From positions 5,100,220-5,164,219 of the forward strand of contig NC_057754.1 in assembly GCF_004010195.1 (NCBI RefSeq): DNA of 64,000 bases. The letters run 5' to 3'. The DNA comes from Chiloscyllium plagiosum (lineage: Eukaryota). The translations under genes were made by a program, and so were the position numbers. Shown piece after piece: positions 48,801 through 59,912 of this stretch (positions are counted from its first letter, which is position 1; every line of letters begins with the position of its first letter). The notes under the pieces were generated by a model, which made no database searches, had not been told where the DNA came from, and saw only the letters and a program-made list of their open reading frames with translations.

Positions 48801-50752
48801 AAATTCCAGCTCTCTTTCTCAGACAGTAGATGCAAACAGTTTTTTCAGGGGTCAGAGAGCCTGCCATTGCACCTAGGGGGAAGTAGATTAGATTAGATTA
48901 GATTCCCTACAGTGTGGAAACAGGCCCTTCGGCCCAACAAGTCCACACCAACCCTCCAAAGAGCAACCCACCCAGACCCATTCCCCTACATTTACCCCTG
49001 ACTAATCCACCTAACACTACAGACAATTTAGCATGGCCAATTCAACCTGCACATCCCGCAGCACCCGGAGGAAACCCACGCAGACATGGGGAGAACATGC
49101 AAACTCCACAGACAGTCCAAGGCAGGAATTGAACCCGGGTCCCTGGCGTTGTGAGGCAGCAGTGCTAGCCATTGAGCCACCGTGCCGCCCTAATGCAAGT
49201 CTTATTGTTGTAAAGAAAGCATCTGATTCACCAATAACTGCCACCCTTACCTAATCTGACCTACATGTGACTCCAGACCCATAGTGATGAGTTGGACTCT
49301 GAACTGTTGGCCCACTCAGTTATGCCCACACCCCTTAATCTAACATAGCAGCAAATTACTGCAGGTGCTGGAATCTGTAAATATGGGTCCCTCCCAGAAG
49401 CCAAATTCAAATCACATCAACATTTAAAAGAAAACTCAAACACATCCAGGGTGGAAGCACCCTCATCATTCGGAATTGTTGCTCTCTCCACAGCTGCCAA
49501 CCAACCTTCTGGCCCCATTACATTTTCAGTTTTTATCACGATGATATTTTTTCCTGGTCAGATTAACACAATATGCTCCATGATTTTAGAAGGTGTGCAG
49601 AAATCAAGCAACTTGTAAACCTACAATAGTGAGTAGGGTAAAGTTTTCTCTTTAGTGTTTTACTGAGATCTGTCTAGATTAATTTTTTTAAAAATATAAA
49701 GCATCGATATTAAATTATCCTAGGCTATCCTAGAGCATTAAGACTGCACTATTTTCTAGGTCCATAGATTAAGGGACAAAGGTGGCCTTTAGTAGAACAG
49801 TGTGCTCTTCCTGTCAGATGTAGGAGATTAGGGAGAGTTTCCATTTTACTGATGATTATGTCTGCTGGAAGTGCGTTTGGTTGTGAATCCTATCCAATCG
49901 CATGGAGCAGGTGGAGCAGTAGTTGAAGGCAATGAGGAATTTACATGAGCCGGGAGTGGGATGTATGGCAGTTTCAGGAAGGGAGGTAAACTGCAGATCC
50001 AGTCATGTAAATGGGTTACCTCTAGGAAAAGTAGGAGAGGTAAGCAGGTACTGCAGGAGTCTCCTCCATTATCCCCATCTCAAACAAGTATACTATTTTG
50101 GAAAATGTAGGGGGTAATGGACTCTGAGGGGAATGTAGCACTGACAGCCATGTTTCTGGTACCAAGACAGGCTCTATTGTAGTGAGGGTGTGTCAGGTTC
50201 CAAGCAATTGATTGTATAGGGGATTGTGATAGGGCACAGACAGATGTTTTTGCAGCCAACAGCAAGACATCAGAATGGCGCATTGATGGTGCTAGGGTCA
50301 CGGAGATCTTTGGGAGGGTGCAGAATATTCTCAAAAGGGGCGAGTGACTAGCAAGAGGTTGTTGTACATGTTAGTACCAATGACACAAGAAGGGGAAGGG
50401 ACAAAATTCTGAGGAGAAATTAGGCAGATTAAAAAGTAGGTCCTTGAGGGTAGGAATATCTGGAATACTCCTGGTGTCATGTGCTAGTCAGACTAGCAAT
50501 AGTATCATAGAGCAGATGAATGGCTGAGGTGCTGGTGTACAGGGACAAGGGCAGGGGGAGCACCCAAAGTGATAACAAGAAAAGAGCTTAGTCCGAGGTT
50601 AGTACAGTTGAAAAGATGAGCAAGTCAAAGCAGGCAAGAGAAAGGTAAAGAACGAGGTAAGATTGATATATTAAACTGCATTTATTTCAATGCAAGAGGC
50701 CTGACAGGTACAGATGATGAACTCAGGGCATAGTTGGGAACACGGGACTGGG

Positions 50753-50785
<33 letters not shown>

Positions 50786-53700
50786 AGAGGGGTCCATTGG
50801 AAGGTGGCTAATATGGTGCCATTATTTAAGAAAGGTAGCAACGAAATGCCAGGGAGCGAGAGACATCAGTGGTAGATAAGTTGTGGGAGGGGATTCTGAG
50901 GGAAAGGATTTACATGTATTTGGAAAGGCAAGGGCTGATTAGGGATAGTCAACGTGGCATTGTGTGTGGGAAATCATGGCTCACTAACTTGATTTGAGTT
51001 TTTTGAAGAAGTGACAAGGACGATGGAAGAAGGCACAGTGGTCAGCTTAAAGACAAACCCAGTAGTGGTTCGTCCGTCTTTGCTGAACTCCCAATCAAGT
51101 GAAAGAGAACCGGATATGGGAGAAAGTTAAGTGAGAATTTTCATAAACGAGCTACACCACTTCTCCAAAGAGGAACAAGTAAAATCGGAACGTTGACGGT
51201 ACAGGAGATGGCCATTCAGCCCACTGTGTCTGTATCGGCTCTTGCAAGAACTACTCAGCCAGTCCCCACTCTCCTGCCTTTTCACTGCCGTCTTGAACAC
51301 TTCAGATAAATTATCCAATTCCTTTGTGAAAGTTGACACCCCCATCTCTTACCTACGCCTGGCACGTCAAGATCAAAGCAGAAATGTTTAAAGTACTCCC
51401 AATCAGGTTTGCTGGTCTTCAGCTATGTAACTCACCCTCATTAGGCCTGCTGAGCGTGGAACACCCAGGATAGATCTTAGTTGGAGTTAGGTGGAGCTGG
51501 CATTCTGTTGGTGTTGAGGCCCTTTGACTTCGCTCAAGCTCTGCTTCTAGCCTGAAAGCATTCCATGGTTTTACTTTGTATTAAAAAGTTCTTTTTAAAC
51601 CCTTAAAATTAGTATTGCCAAGAGATGAAGATGCAAAGGCCCTTGGTGCAAGGATGCACCATCAAGCTTGGAAAGAGTAGTAAAGGGAAGTTAGGAAGGT
51701 GATTAGGTTAACACCTAACTTTGGTTTCAGAAGCCTGTAAAGCGTAGCAGTCAGAAGCAGCTGAGAGGAGTGAGCAATCCAACAGTTCCTGCAGTCTTGG
51801 CAGTGAAGGAGTTAAGAGTAAGTGACAACACAGAAGTCACAGAAATGTTTGCGCATGAGAAGGGAATAAAAAGCAAATCACCTAAGAGAGCAACAGCACA
51901 GAGAGAGAGTGAGAGAGAGTGAGAGAGAGAGAAAGTGTGAGAGAGAGAAAGAGAAATCGCAGATTGGAAAGAGAAAAGATAAACAGAAGCTTTCATCCAT
52001 GACAAGACATTTTCATATAAATCAACAGCACAATTACAAATGAACATTACAACAGCTGAGCCCCAGATAATGAATCACAAAACATCAGCACATTCCATAC
52101 CCGCTCACATTAGACTTTGATTCATAGCTCTGTACAAAGGCAGCAGATGTTTACACACCATTTAAAGGCCTAGCAACATTCGCATCACCTGGACTGAAAT
52201 GTTTCAGCTGTCCTCAATTTCAACATTTTCCCCAACTGATCCAAAGGAATAAACATAGGCAGCGGTGAAAGAAAAGGTAATTGAGACAGTGAAAAGGTTC
52301 GAGATTGATAAGCACGAGATACTGGACTGACTGTCTGTACTTAAATGCGGAAATTATGCAGGCACTGGCTGTAAGGTTTTAATCTTCCTTAGATTCGGGG
52401 TGGGCCCCTGTGGTGAAGTGTTAGTGCCACTACCTCAGGGCCAGCAGGCTGAGGATCAAGCTCTACCTGCTCCAGCTGTGTGCAAAAGCAAAACTAGTGC
52501 AGATGCTGGAAATCAGAAACAAAAGCAGAAGTTGCTGGAAAAATTCAGCAGGTCTGGCAACATTTGTGGAGAGAAATTAAGTGTTAAAATTTCAGGTCCA
52601 GTGACCTTTTGTCAGACCAACACGAAGAACAGCAACTAAAAGCCAATCAATTTAACACAGATGGTAAGAAACAACAGCTTGACATGAAATGCAGACAAAT
52701 GAAGGTTAATTTAGCATAGAATTGTGTTCTATGGAACAAAATAGAAAATTGTGCTCAGTTAACTTGCTGGTTTTTTGAAAGAGGCAATGCCAAAGGCAAT
52801 GTTATTATTGTGATGTACATGGACTTCCAAATGGCAGTTGATAATGTCATACAACAGACTTGTGGGCAAAAGGTACAAATCGTGAAATAGGGACAATAGC
52901 AACATGGATACAAATTAGCTGACTAATACAAACCAAAGAGCAATGGTCAAGTTAATTTTTTTCCAGGCTTGGGAAAGGTTTGAAGAGGATTTCCATAGGG
53001 GTCAGTACTGGAGCTCTTGTTTTTTCTGACCTATAATAAATGTCCAATAACCTTAATGTATAAAGGAACATGTCAATATTTGCGAATGAAACAAAACTTG
53101 GAGGGATTTGCAAACTGTGAGAAGCAAAATGACATAGACAAACGGAGGAATGGGCAGACAAACAGCAGATGAAGTTCATTGGCGAGAAATGGAAGAACGT
53201 GGAGGCAAAGCACAAAACGAAGTGTACAACTCTAAAGGGTAATGCAAGAGAAGGACCAGTGGTGGATATGTGTATGAGTAACTGAAGGTGTCTGGACAGG
53301 TTCACAGCACGGTTAATCAAGTACAGAGAACCCAAGGCTTTGTAAATGAAGGCATAAAGTACAAAAGCAAGGACGTCACGATGAACTTGTACCAGGAGAA
53401 AGTGAGGTCTGCAGATGCTGGAGATCAAAGTTGAAACTTTATTGCTGGAACAGCACAGCAGGTCAGGCAGCATCCAGGGAACAGGAGATTCGACGTTTCG
53501 GGCACAGGCCCTTCTTCAGGAATGGTACCAGGCACTTGCTTGACCTCAGCTGGAGGATTGTGTCAAGATCTGGGCACCTCATTTTAGAAAGCATTAGGAG
53601 GGAGTGCAAAAAAGATACACAAGAGTGGTTCCCAGCATCAGAGATTTAGAATAATAGAGAAATAAAGCACGGAAACAGATCCTTCGGTCCAAATCGTCCA

Positions 53701-56700
53701 TTCCAACCTGATATTCTACATTAATCTAGTCCTATTTGCCAGCATCTGGCCAATATTCCTGCAAACTTTTCTTCTTCATATACCCATCCGGATGCCTTTT
53801 AAATGTTGTAATTGTACTAGTCTTCTCCAGCAGTTCATTCCATACATGCACCACATGAAAAAGTTGCCCCTCAGGTCCCTTTTAAATCTTTCCACACTCA
53901 CCTTAAACCTATGCCCTATAGTTTTGGACTCCCTTATCCTGGGAAAAAGACCTTGGACATTCACTCTATCCAAGACCCTCATGATTCTGTAAACCTCTAT
54001 AAAGTCGCCACACAGTTTCCGATACTCTAGAGTAAACAGCCCCAGCCTCTACCCATAGCTCAAACCCTCCAACCCTGGCAACATCCTTGTAAATTGTTTT
54101 AGAACCCTTTCAAGTTTTACAACATCTTTCCTATAACAGGGAGACAAGAATTGCATGCAGTATTCCAAAAGTGGCCTAACCAATGTCGTATACCATGTCA
54201 ATGCATCAGTGTGCCTTGGTTTTGGTGGAAGTGAATGTTTGTGGATGTGGTGCCAACATCAAGCAAGCTGCTCTGCCCTTTAGAGTCAAGCTTCGAGCAC
54301 TGTTTGAGCTGCATGCATCCAGGCAAGTGGGGAGCATTCCAGCACATACCTGATCTACGCCTTGTAGATGACTTTGTAGAGTCAGGAGGAGTGCTTCACT
54401 GTAAAATTGCTGGCCTCTGGCCTAGTCTTGTAGACACAGTATTTGTATGGCTAGTCAACGTTATCATCTACGATATGGATAGTGGAGGTTTCAGAGAATT
54501 GGTAATGTCATTGAAAGCTATACAGGTATTGAAAAGGAGTCTGAACAGAGTAGACAGGGAGATACTGTTCTATTCGCAAAAGCATACAGAAAGGGGCCAA
54601 GGTTTTAAAAGTAACTGGACAAAGAAACATTTTCACAAAGCAGTTAAGGTCCTAATGCAGAGCCCAAGAGAAGAGTGGAGACAGGTTCAATCAAGCCATT
54701 CGAAGAGAATTTGTTTGTTATTTCAAAAGTAATGATGTGCAAGGTTATGGGGAGAGGTGGGAGAATTGCTGATTTGTACAGATAAGATTATGAACTATTG
54801 CAGAGTTATAGCTCCCCAATAAACAGTACAGCAAACAAAGCTGGCACAAGCCTGGACAATACCTTTTTAGTTCTTGCTCCAGGTTGTCTATCTGTTTCTT
54901 TGCTGCCAGCAGCTGCCCCTCCAGGTTGCATACCAGGGCCTCCTTTACCTGAATCTCGTGGCATAGCCTCTGCTGTGCCTTCTCTAGACTGTTGCGTGCC
55001 TCTGTCAGACCCTGTGTCCCTCTCTTCAATGCCACATTCTCATTCCGTTCATCTTCAAGCTTAAAAACAATAAGAGTCGCATCAAAATTGCATACAGGTA
55101 ACGTGCCTGAAATGGTGAGGTACATGCAAGAAGATTTCCACTCTGAAATGCTCAGTCTCTATCTCTCCTCTGTACAACTGCTACTTAAAACCAATTGCTG
55201 AGAAAGCATTCAGTCACCCTTCAGAAGAATTTGTTCTTTTGCTTAGTTAAAAATCACACAACACCAGGTTATAGTCCAACAGATTTACTTGGAATCACTA
55301 GCTTTCGGAGCGCTGCTCCTTCATCACGTGGTTGTGGAGTATAAAATCGTAGGACACAGAACTTATAGCAAATGTTTACAGTGTGATGTAACTGAAATTA
55401 CATATTGAAAAAGACCTGGATTGCTTGCTAAGTCTCTCATCTTTTAGAATGAGCATGCTGATTTCAGTTCTTTCATATGTTAATTCCAGAACTTTCTTAA
55501 AGTTACATTCTCAAGTGAACTTTAACAATATGTGCCATGTTGGCCCAGATAATGCATTGAAGGTGTGAGGTGCCCTGTGTGAGACTGTCTGTACCCCAAA
55601 GTTTAGACAGATTCTAATCTAAAAAAAAGGACTTACATGGATTCATGCAGTTTTTGAGCAAACTAAAACGTAATTCTGCAAGTACAAATTCACCCCACAA
55701 ACTTGCGTGTGTGTGTGTGTGTGTATGTGTTTTGCTGAGGTGTTAACTTTTGTCTTTTCTTACTGTTTAGAGGTGCTATACAAACGCAAGCTTTTGCTGC
55801 ACTTTCCAATGAGAATCCACATAAACACCATTTGAGTGTTGAGTTGAGGGGTGACCTTATAGAGGTTTATAAAATCATGAGGGGCATGGATAGGGCAAAG
55901 GTTTTTTTTCCCAGGGTAATGGAGCCCAAAACTAGAGGGCATAGATTTAACGTGAGAGGGGAAAGATATAAAAGGGATCTAAGGGGCAACTTTTTCATGC
56001 AGAGGGTGGTATGTGTACAGAACAAGCTGCCAGAGGAAGTGGTGGAAGCTGGTACAATGTCAACATTTAAAAGGCATCTGGATGGGTAAATGAATAGGAA
56101 GAGTTTGCAGGGACATGGGCCAAATGGGACTAGATTAATTTAGGATATCTAGTCGGCATGAATGAGTTGGTCCAAATGTCTGTTTCCGTGCTGTACAATT
56201 CTAAGTTCAGGTTCTTGAAAACAATTCTTCAAACATTGTAATGTACACAGAAGAGGCTTTGTTTGTGAGAGATCATTGAAGAGACCAGTTTTCAACGCTT
56301 TTCACTTTGTACTCATGAAGATAACTGCAAGAATGCCAAAGTTCAAACAATCGCAACAGTTTATACTCAAAAATGGCATGACTGAATCAGTCAACTTGCC
56401 AACCATCCGTTTGAAATTTTGGCATTCTTGTATTTGTCCTGATGATTGCATATGAAAGCATCAGCCATGTGTCTCACTCTTCAGCAGAATTCAGTTACGT
56501 AAAGAGATATGGGAGCCTTGTGTATTTAGGAGGAATAGGTGTCCTTGGACCCAAGATTCCCAAACAGACGTATTAATTGTTGGAAACTAATCAACATGAT
56601 TGGTCATCATTTATGTACATGGATCCTGAATGGTGGAAGGTGATGAGAAAGTTGGTAGCCTTACACCTGCTAAGGAGATACAGGAAAGCATTCGACCACG

Positions 56701-58538
56701 GTGGGGGCCCATCTGTTCAGAGGAATTGGGGACATCTGTTCTTAGGGTTGGTGTAAATAAGGTGATAACGTTTGTTCACTTAGGGAATGTGTGGCAGTAC
56801 TTCCTTCTGATGCCAGAGGCTGGAAGCGCGCATATTTCACTGTGGGATGACTGATAACTGAGTCTCTGGTTTATATCAAAGACTCTTAACAAAACTCATA
56901 CTCAATAAGAAAAGAACTTGTAATTTAATAAGCTGAGTGGAATATGCACGTAATAGAACAATCCTGACACATTTTCATGTACACCACACTGAGTAGATTT
57001 GAATTTATGAAGCTCAGCTCCCTAATCTTGATTGTTCTGGAATGTGAATGTCTCATTACCCTTACAAAGGCTGAAAGTTGGAAGATGTTCATAGGTGAGT
57101 GAGAGAGAGAGAAAGAAAACATCCTTCTGTAAATTACATTCACTGATCGAAGGGTTCGGTTCAAGAGACACAGAGCTAGAGCGCGAGTGAGCAAGGCAGA
57201 GAGACAGACAGGACGGAAGCTGGTGGAAAGATTAAACCTTTATGGTCTGATTTGAGTGAACACTGGCTTGTCATGGATTAAATGTGTGTGTTGTTCCTTG
57301 GAGCTCAAGATCCGGGAATGTTATGAATTTAAGTTGCATTTTGGGAATCTACGATAATTTTAAAAGAAACGGTCATTTTGTTGGACAATGAGACTGGACA
57401 TGTTAGCTGAGCAAGGCGACCCCATGACCTTTTTCACATACTTTCGACTAGTCTCTCATTTTGATGTACTAGCCAAAACAATTGATCATTTGGCCTGGCT
57501 GGATCAAGGTTTCCCACTTTGATGTGCACGTAGCTCAATTAGTCAAGCGTACACAGACCTGTCAATGAGTTTCTCTTCTGCTGCATACTTTTGCCATTTT
57601 ATTGCTGCTTATCTGATTAAGGACATGTGGTGTTTTTGTAATTTTAATACCAATTTCTGTGTAAAGACTGCAGCAATAAGGGAGCAGCCTGAGAGAGCTG
57701 AGGGGGTAACAGCTGGCACTGCTCCTCTGCTAAAGATTTTAGAACCTTAGCTCAAGCCTGACTTGTAGGAATCTATGTTATCGTGTAATGTTGATGCCAT
57801 TGGTGAATAAAGGTAATAATTTAAACTAAACTGTCTGCAAAAGTTTTATATTCCAGACTACCACAGAGTACGATCTCCAGAACGAATCAAGAGAGGCTAC
57901 AGGTAGAGTCCATCAAGGATTACTTACAGTGTGGAAACAGGCCCTTTGGCCCAACAAGTCCACACACCAACCCTCCGAAGAGCAACCCACCCAGACCCAT
58001 TCCCGTACATTTACCCCATGACCTAACACTACGGGCAATTTAACATGGCCAATTCACCTAGCCTGCACATCTTTGGACTGTGGGAGGAAACCGGAGCACC
58101 TGGAGGAAACCCACGGAGACACGGGGAGAATGTGCAAACTCCACACAAACAGTTGCCCTAGGCGAGAATTGAACCCAGGTCTCTGGCGCTGTGAGGCAGC
58201 AATACTAACCACTGTGCCACCGTGCCATCCCTGAGCCAACTCGAATAAGTTTATTAATGAACCATATGAACATGGACTACACCTCAATTTTTATTTGCTC
58301 TCATACCAAGCAGGTGTTTAGTGCTTTTCATAGCTCACCAAAATTTAGAAGTAAGACCAGTTAAGAGGGAATCCACCTTTTGGTTGTGTTTCCGGAATGC
58401 ATCTTCTAAACTGTCCAATTGAAGCTGCTTTTGTTGTCGCTCCTTCTTCAGTTTCTCCAACTGGGTCTCGTATTCGGATATTTTCTGCAGAGCTTTGCTG
58501 GAGAGTTCAGATTTCCATTCCTCCACTGCCCAGCTCAT
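21730..58538 (-). CDS. CENPF: Centromere protein F-like, 14 coding exons, 5376 nt, about 1791 aa
   Basis: N-terminus MSWAVEEWKSELSSKALQKI (CENP-F_N family); C-terminal EYEPYGLPDVVQKGFADIPSG motif; long coiled coils. All introns are GT-AG with compatible phases. May be a paralogue rather than the orthologue. Confidence 0.88.
22717..23062. mobile_element. MITE with about 28-bp imperfect TIRs and TA ends (Tc1/mariner-Tigger-like)
   Basis: tatagcaaactttgttttaactggcact ... agtgccagttaataaaaagcttgctgta. Confidence 0.6.
23273..23794 (-). CDS. CENPF: CENPF-like coding exon 13 (...EYEPYGLPDVVQK)
   Basis: ttttctgtaag|AT; G|GTAGGT; 522 nt. Confidence 0.9.
24015..24440. mobile_element. Penelope-like element 3' remnant with inverted termini (family C)
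   Basis: 24065-24215 is the inverse of 24285-24437; spacer encodes NSNNIHIELDPIYHPLRK, typical of a PLE C-terminus. Confidence 0.7.
24620..25050 (+). mobile_element. CR1/HER1 LINE 3' end
   Basis: GDLxEVYKIMRG and ELPExxVxAGTITTFKRHL motifs. Confidence 0.85.
25140..25452 (+). mobile_element. HE1-type V-SINE
   Basis: Consensus match. Confidence 0.85.
26300..26327 (+). ncRNA. minimal hammerhead ribozyme core
   Basis: CTGATGA-A-GGGC-TTTT-GCCC-GAAA-CGTC; helix I is disrupted by the inversion junction. Confidence 0.6.
26455..26980 (-). mobile_element. CR1/HER1 LINE 3' end
   Basis: Reverse complement of the 24620 family. Confidence 0.85.
27050..28992 (-). mobile_element. CR1 LINE ORF2, about 1.9 kb, frameshifted reverse transcriptase
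   Basis: ORF pieces PGNYRPVSLTSVVGK, SGVPQGSVLGPLLFAIYINDL, SKFADDTK and LERVQRKF. Confidence 0.92.
29016..29187 (-). CDS. CENPF: CENPF-like coding exon 12 (VDHLQKRVVELNKEN...)
   Basis: ttatttgcag|GTT; G|GTACCA; 172 nt, phase 0 to phase 1. Confidence 0.82.
30295..30602 (-). mobile_element. HE1-type V-SINE
   Basis: Consensus match on the minus strand. Confidence 0.85.
31010..31753. mobile_element. Tigger-like MITE, copy 1
   Basis: TIR caggggaacctcgattatcc / ggataatcgaggttcccctg; homologous to 39768..40459. Confidence 0.8.
31774..34712 (-). CDS. CENPF: CENPF-like giant coding exon 11 (2939 nt, coiled coil)
   Basis: Within the 1009-aa ORF 31699..34728; aattttag|CT; CAG|GTGCTG. Confidence 0.9.
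34800..35445 (-). mobile_element. possible solo LTR
   Basis: Starts TGTGAC on the minus strand and has LTR-like composition; no clear TSD seen. Confidence 0.3.
36202..36337 (-). CDS. CENPF: CENPF-like coding exon 10
   Basis: atctttcag|GAA; T|GTAAGT; 136 nt. Confidence 0.88.
36490..37120 (-). mobile_element. CR1/HER1 LINE 3' end
   Basis: Same family as 26455 and 43840. Confidence 0.8.
38371..38493 (-). CDS. CENPF: CENPF-like coding exon 9 (MAAQRQQVDRELEE...)
   Basis: ttttctgacag|ATG; CAG|GTGATG; 123 nt. Confidence 0.88.
39768..40459. mobile_element. Tigger-like MITE, copy 2
   Basis: ta-cagaggaacctcgattatcc ... ggataatcaaggttccccta-ta; colinear with copy 1. Confidence 0.8.
40460..40955 (+). 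mobile_element. CR1/HER1 3' end with an inserted PLE terminus (about 40525-40660)
   Basis: WNELPEEVVDAG motif; ccttttccctgtg is duplicated on both sides of the PLE piece. Confidence 0.75.
40996..41124 (-). CDS. CENPF: CENPF-like coding exon 8 (ELSDQQRAY...MDK)
   Basis: cttgttag|GAG; AAA|GTAAGA; 129 nt. Confidence 0.9.
41789..41914 (-). CDS. CENPF: CENPF-like coding exon 7 (EELSCQRQNAESAR)
   Basis: cttgccag|TGT; CAG|GTTAGA; 126 nt; carries a hallmark CENP-F motif. Confidence 0.92.
42085..42320 (+). repeat. degenerate tandem repeat, about 67-bp unit, roughly 3 copies
   Basis: Repeating aaacactcccag...acag...cagagtaaagctccctctacactgt. Confidence 0.6.
42538..42740 (-). CDS. CENPF: CENPF-like coding exon 6
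   Basis: tttgttgcag|TG; AAG|GTTTGA; 203 nt. Confidence 0.9.
42845..44480 (-). mobile_element. two adjacent CR1 LINE fragments (42845-43830 and 43840-44480)
   Basis: ORFs MRSDLIEILAILQG and LERVPKRFTRLL...WNELPEEVVEAG. Confidence 0.85.
45585..45897 (-). CDS. CENPF: CENPF-like coding exon 5 (...STFSWQQEGTP...)
   Basis: Within ORF 45544..46029; ccaag|GTT; G|GTGCCG; 313 nt. Confidence 0.88.
46225..46550 (+). mobile_element. CR1 RT fragment
   Basis: PLFNKGNRDNPGN, SCLTN and MDITKAFDKVPH motifs. Confidence 0.8.
47040..47418 (+). mobile_element. HE1-type V-SINE with an internal tandem duplication
   Basis: Consensus match; the gatgtgca.gtta.ggtggattggtca.gggaaatt unit occurs twice. Confidence 0.85.
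48161..48252 (-). CDS. CENPF: CENPF-like coding exon 4 (SRLDELQEKYNQEIEEKKRL...)
   Basis: atttctag|GT; CAG|GTTGGT; 92 nt. Confidence 0.9.
48885..49190 (-). mobile_element. HE1-type V-SINE with (TCTAA)n tail
   Basis: Consensus match; (ttaga)n at about 48885-48903. Confidence 0.85.
49640..51040 (+). mobile_element. CR1 LINE 5' region (ORF1 zinc finger/esterase remnant plus ORF2 start)
   Basis: CSSCQM..CxKC remnant, VVVHVSTND SGNH-like motif, CIYFNARGL endonuclease start. Confidence 0.75.
50750..50783 (+). repeat. poly-G run
   Basis: About 33 nt of almost pure G. Confidence 0.9.
51436..51551 (-). CDS. CENPF: CENPF-like coding exon 3 (LEAELERSQ...RPNE)
   Basis: gctttcag|G; G|GTGAGT; 116 nt, open in the expected phase. 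Confidence 0.88.
51899..51955 (+). repeat. (AG)n microsatellite, imperfect
   Basis: Seen directly. Confidence 0.85.
52700..54190. mobile_element. CR1 fragments (+ strand 52700-53650; - strand 53660-54190) with a PLE terminus at 53395-53525
   Basis: MDFQxAxD and QGSVLG-like remnants; ORF 53776..53982. Confidence 0.7.
53488..53523 (-). ncRNA. minimal type-I hammerhead ribozyme motif in a PLE terminus
   Basis: attc-CTGAAGA-A-GGGC-CTGT-GCCC-GAAA-CG-TC-gaat: full core, 4-bp helix I, 4-bp helix II, GUC cleavage triplet. Confidence 0.75.
54863..55059 (-). CDS. CENPF: CENPF-like coding exon 2 (LEDERNEN...EQELK)
   Basis: ttgtttttaag|CTT; AG|GTATTG; 197 nt. Confidence 0.92.
55245..55725 (-). mobile_element. 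Penelope-like element terminus (family B), ending in (GT)n
   Basis: Starts with the same sequence as 10935. Confidence 0.65.
55838..56200 (+). mobile_element. CR1/HER1 LINE 3' end
   Basis: ORF 55832..56089 LRGDLIEVYKIMRG. Confidence 0.88.
57922..58228 (-). mobile_element. HE1-type V-SINE
   Basis: Consensus match. Confidence 0.88.
58377..58538 (-). CDS. CENPF: CENPF-like coding exon 1 (54 aa)
   Basis: ATG 58538; acceptor at 58574/58573 with a short 5'UTR; donor AAG|GTGGAT. Confidence 0.93.
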
Positions 58539-59539
58539 GATAACTACGATGCGACGTCGGTCGATGATCAGGCCTTGAAGAAAGCAAAAGTTGATACGTC
58601 AGAAAACAAATATACACTAGCAGCACAAAAGGAGATGACAGCTGTTTCAGAAAGAATAAGAGCATGCTGAGAGCGTAACGCTTGCTCTCAAGCACTTTCA
58701 CACATTGCACACCTTTCCTTCCACTTTCATCGCCCCTCCCAAGCTCAATGCTGGACAAGTTATAATACTGGCAGCTTCAATCACCATGGCCATTCTCCAC
58801 ATTTCGTGCTTACAATTATTATGTCTGACCACAAATGGCTTCACCCATGGCGCTCAATCACATCTTGTTGGAGCGGCTATAACGTTTTACGAATACAAAG
58901 AGTTTTCATTTCACCTCACCACCCTCTTATCCCAACTGGTGGAGATAATGGACAAGTCAGATCCTAGAATGGAACCTGGCTTAATAAAACTATGACAAAT
59001 GCAGAGAATGCTGGAGAAACTCAACAGGTCTGGCACTACAGAGAGAAACAGAGTTAGCATTTCAAGTGTCCGGTATGACTCTTCTTCGGCACTAGGTTTT
59101 TCAGAACCAGTAGCAGGTTTCCAAGGTTCAAATAGTTTACAGGGCTTATGCCCGAAACGTCGATTCTCCTGTTCCTTGGATGCTGCCTGACCTGCTGCGC
59201 TTTTCCAGCAACACATTTTCAGCTCAAATAGTTTACAGACCATTCAGAATTCACAAACCACAAAACCTTAAATGAATAGGCAGGAATAGAGAGGCTTAGG
59301 ACTAAAACAAACAGCCTTCTTGGCAATGTTTTTAGAATAAAAAGAAAGTTTGCGTGCATACAGGAAACACTACATGATTCACTTGAACTTTGGTATGTTT
59401 CTGTTAAAAATATTCTCACATCACAAGGTTTTGTCCCGAGCCAACTTCTTTTGGTTTGGACTGAATATATCTAGTATCAGTTTTGTTCCACCAAATATTT
59501 ATTATTTTTATAAATTGTGTTGCACATGGTAACAGTCCG

Positions 59540-59912
59540 ATCTCCAAGCCAGAAAACTTCTGGTTCAAGTCCCAGTCCAGAGATTCAACCACAAAAAAAT
59601 CTAGGCTGACACTCCCTTTGTGTAATAAGGGAACATTGCACTTTTAGAATGCATTGTTTTGAAGAAGATCTTGATGTGAAATCTGGCATTTCAAGTGGCT
59701 GGAAAAGATCCTGCCGCACTATTTCAGAGATGGATAGGAACTTTCTCCGCAAATATGCAACTCAATTTTTACTCATCAACGAACATCTCGACAAAATCTA
59801 GCCACTGTTACACTGTTTCTTTGTGAGACCTTGTTTGCCAGCTGGCTACCATATTTACCCTACTGAAATAGCATCAAAATAACACTTATCACAAATCGCT
59901 TTGGGATGTTTT
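59540..59912 (+). mobile_element. Deu-domain SINE (SacSINE1/AmnSINE-like) remnant
   Basis: ggttcaagtccc..ccagag..aatctaggctgacactcc, aaagatcc..gcactattt, ttgtgagaccttg and cgctttgggatg. Confidence 0.6.

Noticed and set aside
50750..50783. Poly-G as a functional G-quadruplex
   Set aside because: It lies at a deletion junction in a dead CR1 copy, and homopolymer length is unreliable.
56520..57901. Possible solo LTR
   Set aside because: LTR-like composition and an AATAAA, but no defined start or target-site duplication.
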